NCBI RefSeq assembly: GCF_902713615.1
Contig: NC_052163.1
Span: forward strand, 11,852,248 to 11,916,247
Length of the DNA: 64,000 nucleotides
Source: Scyliorhinus canicula
Taxonomy: Eukaryota
Direction: 5' to 3'
Of the stretch, positions 1 through 11,400 are shown piece after piece. Numbering within the stretch: position 1 is the first letter of the stretch; every line of letters begins with the position of its first letter. The position numbers and the translations under genes were made by a program. The notes beneath the pieces are model-generated. The model searched no databases. It saw only the letters and a program-made list of their open reading frames with translations, and was not told the origin of the DNA.

Positions 1-1659
1 ACAATTACATTCTGGACGGTGGGAGGAAAACAGACACTATGGAATGTTGCTGCTCCACTTTGCTCCTTCTGGGCTGTTTCACAGATATCTCCCATCCAGC
101 AAACAATGACGTTGTTTCAGCATTGGGAGGCGTGGCTCTGACTAATGCATGCAGTCCACATGACTGACAACACACCACTTTAACATTCCACCAACAATAC
201 TTTCAAACACAGCAACACTGTCTTGTTGCTTTACACTAATCGCAGATTTTAAAATGCTGGTGGGGGGTTGGAGAAGAGAGAGAGAGAATTATTTTTTATT
301 TGGAAATCTCACTTTAACCTGCCAATTTTAAAAGTCATGCTTCAGACATCCAAGATTTGAATGACTTTAAATCCTGGCAGAGCTTTTTAACTAGGCTCTT
401 CGCCAGAGGCCAAACGCCTTGCAATGGTACTTGGGCGAGGTATTTGAGTTATGAAACAGTTATACCAGAGCATTATAGGGTCAGGGTTTCAGAGCAACAG
501 GAGGACATCTCGCAGGCCACTGATCCATCCATTTTATTTGTCATGGCTATACTATTATTTTAATCTCCATATCTCACTGCTCTGCACAAACCTTAAAACT
601 CTTAGCTCTCTCAAGTGAACATCTACTCCATTTTTAGATACCTTAACTGATTGTGAATCCACCACCTCTTCAACCCACCACCTCTTCAACATGCTGAAAC
701 CTTCAATACCCTCCAACCCTCAATAGCTGCGAGGGGAATGTGCACGACCATTCAACATCTTTCCACAATGGGTTGCTGGCCAACTGAAGCAGGTGTCAGG
801 AATGGGTTGTGGTCCGGATGGGGAGGCAGTGAGATTGGGCTTTTGGAAAAATGTAGTCCAAATGGATTTCTTCATCCAGATTAACCTGGTCAATGTTTGG
901 CTCAGAGGCTTTCACCTCCTGACCTGGGTTAGGTCTGTTTCTCGCTGGGGGAATACAAGTCACGAGCAAGCGTTTTGACGTGATCACCAAACTAAGCAAA
1001 CTGCCTCAGGGAATATTAGTGACCAGTTTTCAAAGCACACAGGGGAAAGAGTTCAAGCAATGGAGACACGACAGTTAAAGCAATTTCAGAAGGAGCCTCA
1101 GCGGGTAAAAAATAAAATCCTAACCCTTTCCCCCGTGTAAATTAGAATCACTGAACAGATCTAACCTTCCAATGGTCAGAACACAACTCCTCACAAGTGG
1201 CTGGAAATACAAGAAAGCTGCTGAAATCAAAATGAGATCTTAACAGTAGATGCTGAGAGGTGGTCTCCCCCTGACTGGGCACTCTACAATGGGTTTATAA
1301 TCTCGGGATACGGGGAGTCTTCACTCAAGAGGTTTGTAAACCTTTGGAACTCACTACCCCAGTGCACGATCAGTCAATGAGTATATTCAAGCCCGAGATT
1401 GACAGACTATCAGAATCGTGGGATCGAGTGAGAAGGGAAGTGGAGATAGAAGCTTAACCATGATCTTCTATAACGGCAGAGCAAGCTTGATAGGCTGTCT
1501 GGCCTCCTCTCCTGTTTCTAGCGCCTACTTCACATCTGCTAATAACAAAATATATTCAAAGACTCCCTCAGCTAATTGACCGTCTCTTTTTAGCCCCCCA
1601 CCCCGGACAAATGCAGACAACACATAGTCCATCTCCACCTCTCTGCCCAAAACACCTAC

Positions 1660-1744
1660 TGGGCATCTCCCTGTCGAATCAGGTCACAGATCTGCAGGAT
1701 GGATTCCCAATCGGTTTCCAGAAGTAACTGGCTGGTTGCTTTGT
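1660..1744 (-). CDS. HGS: HGS coding exon 2 (85 nt)
   Basis: aaacag| (D)KATSQLLLETDWESILQICDLIRQGDAQ |gtaggt; phase consistent with exon 1. Confidence 0.95.
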
Positions 1745-3906
1745 CTGTTTGGGGAGAAGAAGAAAAACCTTAAACACACAAACAAGGATGAACTAAATGT
1801 TCCTAGCTCTACCACATGTAGACAGGCTTTCTCATGAGTATCTGTTAAAATAGATGAGGGGAACTCTATGAAGCAGTGGCAGCGAGATTCTTAGGCTCAG
1901 TAAGTGTTGTAGCATGGGTCAGTCACTCAACCAAAATTTGAGCTGAAAATGGCCATGGTTCTTATTTTCTGCAGGAGGATTATCCTTTCCTTCTGCCTGA
2001 TTACAATTACCATAGAACGGAAAACAATAGAGATAATGGACAAAGCATTAACCTCACCCCAATAAGCCAAACACCACAAATCACAATTTCAGGATCAGAG
2101 CTACAGGAGCAAAACAGTAGAACAAGAAAATAAACTTTCAAAAAAAAACCCCCAGCTCATTCACATTTATAAATATTAATTTGTAATATTTTAATTACGT
2201 TTCTTTCAAAATGTAATTCTTTAAAGTGCATAAATTTGACAATAGCAGTTGATTACTTTGCTAATTGAGTCTAGCCACTTAAAATCCCTCTAGTTCGTCA
2301 AACAAAGACACAATTTCTTCAATTCGCTGGTTACTATGTCTGAGAGAAGCCCGGTCAGATTTTGCTGCTCTCCCAGTCTAACTTACAGTCACAATAACCA
2401 ACCCAGACAGTACCTAACTGCCGCTAATTAAAGGGAGAGTGAACAGCAGGTTAATTCTTCCTCTGGCTGGAAGTACAAACACAGGTTCGAAATCTTCCCA
2501 AAACAAGTGATCATGTGGGGCAGACACAAGGGACAGAGTTTAGAACATACAGTGCAGAAGGAGGCCATTCGGCCCATCAAGGCTGCACCAAACCACTTAA
2601 GCCCTCACTTCCACCCTATCCCCGTAACCCAATAACCCCACCTAACATTTTTGGACACCAAGGGCAATTTAGCATGGCCAATCCCCCTATCCTTGTACAA
2701 AAGCAGAGGATGGACTGGATATCGCCAATGACAACTACACAGAAGACTAGTCTCTGAATGCATAAGCATAGGTAGATAGAAACAGGAGTGGGTTATTTAG
2801 CCTCTCTATTCTGTCCCACCAGCCAATGATCAGCAATCTGCTCCTAGTTCATTTATTTTACAGGTAATCTCAAAACACGGTCAGGACAGGTTGGCATCTT
2901 TGTTACCCAGACAATAAATCTCCTGTATAAAATGAGACAAATGCGGGCCGATTAATGCATGGGCCTATGGAGTTCATGGCCAGCGATCTAGCTCAATATG
3001 GACAGCATTTAAACCTGATCTATGGCGATAGGAATTTGCTTTGTTTTTTTTAAATTTTAGAGTACCCAATTCTTTTTCTTCCCAATTAAGGGGCAATTTA
3101 GCCTGGCCAATCCACCTACCCTGCACATCTTTGGGTTGTGGAGGCGAAACCCACACAAACACGGAGAGAATGTGCAAACTCCACATAGACAGTGACCCAG
3201 GGCCGGGATCGAACCTGGGACCTCGGCGCCGTGAGGCCGCAGTGCTAACCCACTGCGTCACTGCGCTGCCTGAATTTGCTTTGTTATTGACACAAACATG
3301 GAATAATTGATGTAAACATTCTAAGGTTCTATTTCTTCATGCACTTTCCGGCGCTCAATCTTCACACTGTGTCCAGAACTAAATAAACAGAGATGGCAGG
3401 ACAGGGGAAGGCCATTTGGGCTCTGGTTGGTGCCTGCTCCTCTGCTCAACACCATCATGCCGGATTCAAATACATCCATCGGTCCTTGGACCCCTTGTCC
3501 AGAAAAATCCATCCTGTTCATTGAGCTTTCTGCAGGGGGGGGGGGGGGGGTTCAGAGGGTCAGTACAGACTGGATGGGCAGAGTGGCCTCCTCCTACACT
3601 GCAGGGATTCTCTGATTCCCTGTTCTTGTTTCAGGGGTAGCTGGTTTCTGGAGATTCCTCCCCGGGGGCTGGGTAAGATTGACAGCCCAGCCAGCCGCCG
3701 GGCCCGGCTCACCCCCGCCGCCCAGGCTCCCGGGGCACCCCGGCCGCCCAGGCCCGGGGCCCCGCACCCGGCTCACCCCCGCCGCCCAGGCCTCGGGTTG
3801 TGAAATGGCGGCCGTCCGCTCCCTGCAGTAGTGGCGGCGGCGGCTCCCTCCCCGCCTTCTCTCTCTCACCGAGAAGCCTCTCGAAGGGGCCGCTGCCTTT
3901 GCCCAT
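1660..3906 (-). CDS. HGS: HGS (hepatocyte growth factor-regulated tyrosine kinase substrate, ESCRT-0), 5' part: complement(join(1660..1744,3870..3906)); gene continues left of the window
   Basis: Spliced translation MGKGSGPFERLL-DKATSQLLLETDWESILQICDLIRQGDAQ matches the VHS-domain N-terminus of vertebrate HGS; GT-AG sites; head-to-head with ARL16 as in human. Confidence 0.95.
3045..3270 (-). mobile_element. Short V-SINE subfamily (copies also ~7950-8176 -, 14182-14410 -, 33038-33255 +, 35345-35570 -, 47640-47785 -, 50190-50417 -, 51252-51470 +, 53819-54035 +, 56587-57077 -)
   Basis: Shared head GGCGCCGAGGTCCCAGGTTCGATCCCGG, GTGGAGTTTGCACATTCTCC, and tail AATTGCCCCTTAATTGG..AATTGGGTACTCTAAA. 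Confidence 0.88.
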
Positions 3907-4275
3907 CCTTCCGCCTCCCGCTGCTCCGTTCTCCAGCGACACCCTGCCGGCAGCTCCGCAGCCTCCTCACCCCTGCTGACACCCGGGGTCCTCCCGCGGG
4001 GGGCGGCGCTGCGTGGTGACGTCGGCGGGAGCCGCCTCCCAGCGCGGGCGCACTTGGGTGACGTCACAACCGAGCGAAGACCCGGGAGGCTCCACTGCGG
4101 GGGAAAAAAAGATAAAATAACGGGACTGGTATCGGGATTGGGCTGGGGCTGCCGGGAGATCAACATCAATAACCGCTGTTAATAGATCTCCTGGCGATGG
4201 AAGGACGCGTTCTGACAACGTCATAAGGCAGCGACACTGCCCCGTTGCCCAGCGACCGACTCCGGGCTCGGTTAA
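3660..4275. promoter_or_regulatory. CpG island / bidirectional HGS-ARL16 promoter
   Basis: Very GC- and CpG-rich; full CRE TGACGTCA at 4059-4066, near-CRE at ~4017, YY1-like AAATGGCGGC at 3803-3812, X-box-like GTTGCCCAGCGAC at 4244-4256. Confidence 0.8.
3870..3906 (-). CDS. HGS: HGS coding exon 1 (37 nt)
   Basis: ATG at 3906, MGKGSGPFERLL+G, donor GTGAGA at 3869; inside CpG island. Confidence 0.93.
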
Positions 4276-4276
4276 A

Positions 4277-5300
4277 GTTTCCAGGCCGGGTTGGGGTTTC
4301 CAGGCCGGGTTGGGGTTGGGGTATCCAGGCAGGGTTGGGGTTGGGGTTTCCAGGCCGGGTTGGGGTTTCCAGGCCGGGTTGGGGTTTCCAGGCCGGGTTG
4401 ACGTTTCCAGGCCGGGTTGGGGTTGGGGTTGGGGTATCCAGGCCGGGTTGGGGTTGGGGTTGGGGTATCCAGGCCGGGTTGGGGTTGGGGTTTCCAGGCC
4501 GGGTTGGGGTTGGGGTTGGGGTTGGGGTTTCCAGGCCGGGTTGGGGTTGGGGTTTCCAGGCCGGGTTGGGGTTTCCAGGCTGGGTTGGGGTTGGGGTTGG
4601 GGTATCCAGGCCGGGTTGGGGTTTCCAGGCCGGGTTGACGTTTCCAGGCCAGGTTGGGGTTGACGTTTCCAGGCCGGGTTGGGGTTGACGTATCCAGGCC
4701 GGGTTGGAGTTGACGTATCCAGGCCGGGTTGGGGTTGGGTTTTCCAGGCCGGGTTGGGGTTGACGTTTCCAGGCCGGGTTGGGGTTGACGTTTCCAGGCC
4801 GGGTTGGGGTTGACGTTTCCAAGCCGGGTTGGGGTTTCCAGGCCGGGTTGGGGTTGACGTTTCCAGGCCGGGTTGGGGTTGACGTTTTCAGGCCGGGTTG
4901 GGGTTGGGTTTTCCAGGCCGGGTTGGGGTTGACGTTTCCAGGCCGGGTTGGGGTTGACGTTTCCAGGCCGGGTTGGGTTTGACGTTTCCAGGCCGGGTTG
5001 GGGTTGGGTTTTCCAGGCCGGGTTGGGGTTGACGTTTCCAGGCCGGGTTGGGGTTGGGGTTGACGTATCCAGGCCGGGTTGGGGTTTCCAGGCCGGGCTG
5101 GGGTTGACATTTCCAGGCCGGGTTGGGTTTGACGTTTCCAGGCCGCGTTGGGGTTGACATTCCAGGCCGGGTTGGGGTTGACGTTTCCAGGCCGGGTTGG
5201 GGTTGGGTTTTCCAGGCCGGGTTGGGTTTGACGTTTCCAGGCCGCGTTGGGGTTGATGTATCCAGGCCGGGTTGGGTTTGACGTTTCCAGGCCGGGTGGG
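4277..5300 (+). repeat. G-rich minisatellite built from TTTCCAGGCCGGG / (GGGGTT)n / TGACG modules between the CpG island and the ARL16 ATG
   Basis: Direct inspection; about 19-37 bp variable units; produces the PTRPG/QPQPG repeat ORFs. Confidence 0.95.
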
Positions 5301-5398
5301 GATTTAACGGCCAGTGTTTCCTGTGCGACAATCGAGCAGCGACTTCTGACAACAATAATTATTAATTCTCCATCCCGCCGCCGATCAGCCCCGAGACA

Positions 5399-5459
5399 AT
5401 GTGTCTCCTGCTGGGAGTGACTGGAGTCGGCAAAACCCTGCTGCTGAAGAGACTGTACA
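5399..5459 (+). CDS. ARL16: ARL16 exon 1 (61 nt), ends at a U12 AT donor
   Basis: MCLLLGVTGVGKTLLLKRLY+A then |ATATCCTTC at 5460. Confidence 0.92.
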
Positions 5460-8400
5460 ATATCCTTCAAAATGTCCAAAATCCTTTAAACTGTACAACA
5501 TCCTTAAAACTGTACAACATCCTTAAAACTGTACAACATCCTTTAAACTGTACAATATCCTTTAAACTGTTCAGACTGTCCAATAACCTTTAAACTGTAC
5601 AATATCCTTTAAACTGTGCAGACTGTGTACAATATCCTTTACACTGTACAGACTGTCCAATATCCTTTAAACATTAAAGACTGTCCAATATCCCTTACAC
5701 TGTACAGACTGTCCAATACCCTTTAAACTGTACAGACTGTCCAATACCCTTTAAACTGTACAGACTGTCCAATATCCTTTAAACTGTACAAAATATCCAA
5801 TATCCTTTAAACTGTACAGCCTGTCCAATACCCTTTAAACTGTACAGAGTGTCCAATATCCTTTACACTGTACAGAGTGTCCAATACCCTTTAAACTGTA
5901 CAAACTGTCCAATATCTTTTAAACTGTACAGACTGTACAATATCCTTTAAACTGTACAGACTGTCCAATATCCTTTAAACTGTACAAAATATCCTTTAAA
6001 CTGTACAAAATATCCAATATCCTTTAAACTGTACATACTGTACAATATCCTTTAAACTGTACAGACTACAATATCCTTTACACTGTACAGACTGTCCAAT
6101 ACCCTTTACACTGTACAGTCTGTCCAATATCCTTTAAACTGTACAGACTGTCCAATATTCTTTAAACTGTACACAGTGCAATATCCTTTAAGCTGTACAG
6201 ACTGTCCAATATCCTTTACACTGTACAGACTGTCCAATATCCTTTAAACTGTACAGACTGTCCAATATCCTTTAAACTGTACAAAATATCCAATATCCTT
6301 TAAACTGTACAGCCTGTCCAATACCCTTTAAACTGTACAGAGTGTCCAATATCCTTTACACTGTACAGAGTGTCCAATACCCTTTAAACTGTACAAACTG
6401 TCCAATATCCTTTAAACTGTACAGACTGTACAATATCCTTTAAACTGTACAGACTGTCCAATATCCTTTAAACTGTACAAAATATCCAATATCCTTTAAA
6501 CTGTACAAAATATCCAATATCCTTTAAACTGTACATACTGTACAATATCCTTTAAACTGTACAGACTACAATATCCTTTACACTGTACAGACTGTCCAAT
6601 ACCCTTTACACTGTACAGTCTGTCCAATATCCTTTAAACTGTACAGACTGTCCAATATTCTTTAAACTGTACACAGTGCAATATCCTTTAAGCTGTACAG
6701 ACTGTCCAATATCCTTTACACTGTACAGACTGTCCAATATCCTTTAAACTGTACAGACTGTCCAATATCCTTTACACTGTACAGACTGTCCAATATCCTT
6801 TAAACTGTACAGACTGTCCAATATCCTTTACACTGTACAGAGTGTCCAATACCCTTTAAACTGTACAGACTGTACAATATCCTTTAAACCATAGAGACTC
6901 TCCAATATCCTTTACACTGTACAGTGTGTACAATATCTGTTGAACTGTACAGAGTATACAATATCCTTTAAACCATAGATACTATATAAGATCCTTTAAA
7001 CTACAGAGTCTACAATATCCTTTCACCTGTACAGACTGTCCAATATTCTTTAAACTGTACACAGTGCAATATCCTTTAAGCTGTACAGACTGTCCAATAT
7101 CCTTTACACTGTACAGACTGTCCAATATCCTTTAAACTGTACAGACTGTCCAATATCCTTTACACTGTACAGACTATCCAATATCCTTTAAACTGTACAG
7201 ACTGTCCAATATCCTTTACACTGTACAGAGTGTCCAATACCCTTTAAACTGTACAGACTGTACAATATCCTTTAAACCATAGAGACTCTCCAATATCCTT
7301 TACACTGTACAGTGTGTACAATATTTGTTGAACTGTACAGAGTATACAATATCCTTTAAACCATAGATACTATATAAGATCCTTTAAACTACAGAGTCTA
7401 CAATATCCTTTCACCTGTACAGACTGTACGATATCCTTTAAACTATAGAGACTACAATATTATTTAAACTATACAGGCTGTACAATATCCGTTAACCATA
7501 CAGACTGTACAGTATCCTTTAAATATCATTTTAAATAACATTCAGTCTGTGATTTTAAATAGCTTTCAGTCTGACTGATTTTAAGTAGTATTCTGTCCTA
7601 TGGTAATTTTCAACAGCATTCATTCTGACTGTAATTTAAAATCGCATTTGATCTGATTGTTTTTAAATAGGATTCCGCTTGACTGATTTTAAATAATATT
7701 CAGAATCAGTCTGTTATTTTAAATATCCCTCAGCCTGGGTGTGATTTTAAATTGCATTCAGTCTGATTTTGATTTGAAATAACATTCATTCTGACTGTGA
7801 TTGGAAATAGCATTCAGTCTGACTGTGATTGGAAATAGTATTCAGTCTGACTGTGATTGGAAATAGTATTCAGTCTGACTGTGATTGGAAATAGCATTAA
7901 TTCGGCATGAGACTTTAAATACTATTCAATCTGAATGAGATTTTTTTTTTCTTTTTTTTAAAATTTAGATTAGCCAATTATTTTTTCCAATTAAGGGGCA
8001 ATTTAGCGTGGCCAATCCACCTACTCTGCACATTTTTGGGTTGTGGGGGCGAAACCCACACAGACATGGGGAGAACGTGCAAACTCCACACGGACAGTGA
8101 CCCAGAGCCGGGATCGAACCTGGGACCTCAGCGCCGTGAGGCGGCTGTGCTAACCACTAGGCCACCGTGCTGCCCTCCTGAATGAGATTTTAAATAGCAT
8201 TCAGTCTGGGGGAGATTTTACAAAACTATTAAGTATTTGTGTGCCATTTTTTTGCAACCTCGGGGTTTTCCAAAGTGCTTTAGTCAATGAAGTACTCATG
8301 AAGTATTGTCACTGTTCCAAGCGGAGTGTGATTATAAACTTTACACAAACTATTATTTGCCATGCAAATTGTGTGATTTTAAATACCAGACCACTTGAAA

Positions 8401-11400
8401 CGTGGTATTTTAGAGTGCATGCTATAATTGATGTAATCTATTTGTGTTACTGTGCTGTTACATGTGACTGCGATGAAAGTAATACACGACTCTCTGTTAC
8501 AACAGCTTTCTGCACTTAATATGATTTAATTCTTTTAAAACTGGAACCTTTTTTAGAATTTCGATTGCAGCCCTGGCATTGACTAAGTCAGCACAAACTA
8601 GAGATTGAGCCTGGGGCCTTCCGGACTCAGCTATTTACAGGAGAAATCTGCTGGATTGTAGGAGGCACTTACATCTGCTTCATAAATATGACCCAAAAGT
8701 GTTGGACTATTGCTGCTAAATTGTTCAGTCGATTATTATAGCGCTATAATAAAATGTAAAGTAGCATTTAAGTAACAGCGCACAAAGCAATACCTATAGC
8801 ACCTTTTACATTCCCAGGTTGTCCCAAAGCACCCCACAGCCAATGAGATAAAGTGTATTCACTGTCGTGATGTAGCAAACCAGGCAGCTAATTTATGCAA
8901 AGCAGGATCCCACAGACGGAAACACTGCAATGACCTGATGGTCTGTTGTTGTGATGTTGATTCGGGACACTGCGGATAATTCCACTCTCCTACAAAATAG
9001 CGCAATGGAATCTTTTACAATCAACTGGCGGAGGAGGCGGGGTCTTGTTTACCATCTCTGAAAGATGAGGAAGGAACATTGTCGCTTCTTCCAATAGTTA
9101 AAAATGATGGGTGGCATTCATGTGTCTTAGTGCTTGTCTAATGGTGCAACCATTGGAGGGCTGTGAGGATGTCACTTGCCTGAGACGATGGATGATGGGA
9201 AACTAAAGAGGAGAACTATACTGGAGGAATAAAATCATCAGTGTCGATAAAAATCCACAAAAAGGGAAGACTTGCATTTATATAATGCCTTTCACAACCT
9301 CAGAACTTGTTAAAGTGCTTCACAGGCAATGAAGTAGCTTTGAAGTGTAGTCACTGATGTAAGATAACCAACTTGTCTGCAGCAAAGACTTAAAATCCGA
9401 ATCAGATAGTCTGTTGTAGACTTTGGTTGAGGTACAGACATTGGCCAGGTAGTTCCACTGCTGTTCTTTGAAATAGTACAGTGGGATCTTTCACCCTCAG
9501 CTGAGAGAGAAGACGAGAGCTTGGAGGTTTCATGTTTCATCCAAAAGACGGCACCTCCGACAGTGCAGAGGTCCCTCAGTACAGCACTGGGTACAGCAGT
9601 GGTGTGTCAGCTGAGGGTCCTGTGTTCACTAGTGACTAGTGCCCACAGCCCCCGTAAAGGTGGTACAAGCGACACCAGCTTCATGTGAAGGAGCAGTCAC
9701 TTTCAACTTTGAATATTTAAACACGTCACAGATTGTGAGATGTGAATTTATCCAATTTTAGGCAGACATTCCATATTTTTAAATCCTTGACTGGGATGCA
9801 CAGATGAGTTCGAAAGAAAGCACTGGTGAACTAGGAGAGCCTCCACCCACACTTCCCACGGTACATTCACACTGGCTATCAAATGTGTTCAATAGAAGAC
9901 TCGGGTGGGATTTTCCAGCCCCGCCGATGTCTTCGCCATTTTGTGTGGCTTGACGGCCCCCCACCCCTCTGCCGGCGAGGGGGGGTGGGGATGGGGGGAA
10001 TGGGGGTGTCCCCTTCAGTGGGACTAGAATATCTTGCTGGTGGGAAGGATCGGAAAATCCCGTCCTTTTAGTTAAGGTCTGCTATCCTGGATTTGTTACA
10101 TTTTTTAGAAATATCCATTTAAAAACACTGGATTCAGACGGCAGCATCATGCTTCAATATGTATTATGAGTGGTAATCCTTAGAATGTCCTAAGCGAGGT
10201 GATGGATAACACACATTTTCACCTTGAATCAATCGCAATCTGTCACCGCTTTATCAGCCGTTGCGATTTATGGTGTTTAATTCCCCATTAACCTCTCCTC
10301 ATAAGTTGGCTTCAGCCTCTTCGTCTTTTTAAGGAACTGGCACAGGCTGCTTGAACACAGTGGTTGCTTCAGCTGAATACCATTGTCTTTCACACTGATT
10401 GCTTGACCATCCCCATAGTGTCAGGAGCAGAGAGCAGGCCACCTCAGTACAATTAACATCAATACATTCCAAACACCTTGTTTTAAATTGGGAGAACGTA
10501 GGCAAAAGGGCCGAGGACCATTGGAAAAGCCCCTCGCATTGTTAAACTGCAGCAAAATGCAGAGTGTGGTAAATGAAGACAGGGTGATGAGATGATGCCA
10601 TACCTGTGCTCTCTGAGCTGGCAGCAGAGGTGGGCTGGTACTTGAAGAGCTTGACAATTCGGGAAGGATTGAGTTCCGATGAGAATCTGCAATGAGTCAC
10701 TTGAGAATGTAAATGGCTCAGAGAACATTATAGCGCATATTATAACAGAAATGTTATAGCGCAGAAGGAGGCCATTTGGCCCCTCAGGTCCATTCTAGCT
10801 CTCCAAACGTGCATGCTGACTTAGTGACAATCCCCTGCCTTTTCCCCGTACCCTGCACATCGCTTTTATTCAAATAATCATCTAATGTCCTCTTGAATGC
10901 CTCGATTGAACTTGCCTCCACCACACTTCCAGGCTCGATTCACTCGCTGTGCGAAAAGGTTTTCCTCACATAACATTTGCTTCTTTTGCAAATCACTTTA
11001 AATCTGTGTCCTCTCCTTCTCGATCCTTTTCCGAGCGGGAACAGTTTCTCCCCGTCTACTCTGTCAGCCCCCTCATGATCTTGAACGCCTCTATCAAATC
11101 TCCTCTCACCCCTCTTCTCTCCAAGGAGAATTTAACATTCAATCAACCGCCAGAGTTATTTACAGCGCTGAAGGAGAGCATTTGGCCCATCACGTTCATG
11201 CTGCCCAGCCTCGAGCAGGCCAGTCAGCCCTGGCCCCAGCTCCACCCCTTTGCAGCTTTACCCCCCTCAAGTGACCATCCACTTTCCTTTTGAATTAATT
11301 CATGCCACCACCCGAGCAGGCAGCGTGTTCCAGGTCCCTGTGGAAAAATAGTTCTAGTCAACACCATTTCAAACTTCTTTACCCAGACTGTGAAACTTGT

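Larger units (their letters stand above)
5460..9801 (+). other. ARL16: U12-type (minor spliceosome) AT-AC intron, ARL16 intron 1
   Basis: 5' ATATCCTT (5460); branch site TCCTTGAC (9784-9791) 10 nt before the terminal AC (9800-9801); joining gives A|AG = Lys and keeps the frame. Confidence 0.92.

Noticed and set aside
1-1650. HGS exon 3 or another gene in the first 1.6 kb
   Set aside because: I found no segment encoding the expected next HGS peptide (AKYAV...KNPHVAL); the region looks like decayed repeat that I cannot classify.
4277-5300. Interstitial telomere
   Set aside because: Motif is GGGGTT interleaved with CCAGGCCGGG, not vertebrate TTAGGG.
4166-5479. 437-aa Pro-rich minus-strand ORF (PTRPG/QPQPG)
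   Set aside because: Product of the promoter minisatellite; no domain; overlaps the ARL16 start in antisense.
5399-5593. Stand-alone 64-aa P-loop microprotein
   Set aside because: It is ARL16 exon 1 read through into the intron; similarity stops exactly at the AT-AC donor.
5460-7522. CRISPR-like appearance of this and other 26-43 bp arrays
   Set aside because: Units are contiguous with no unique spacers, no cas genes, and the context is vertebrate introns.
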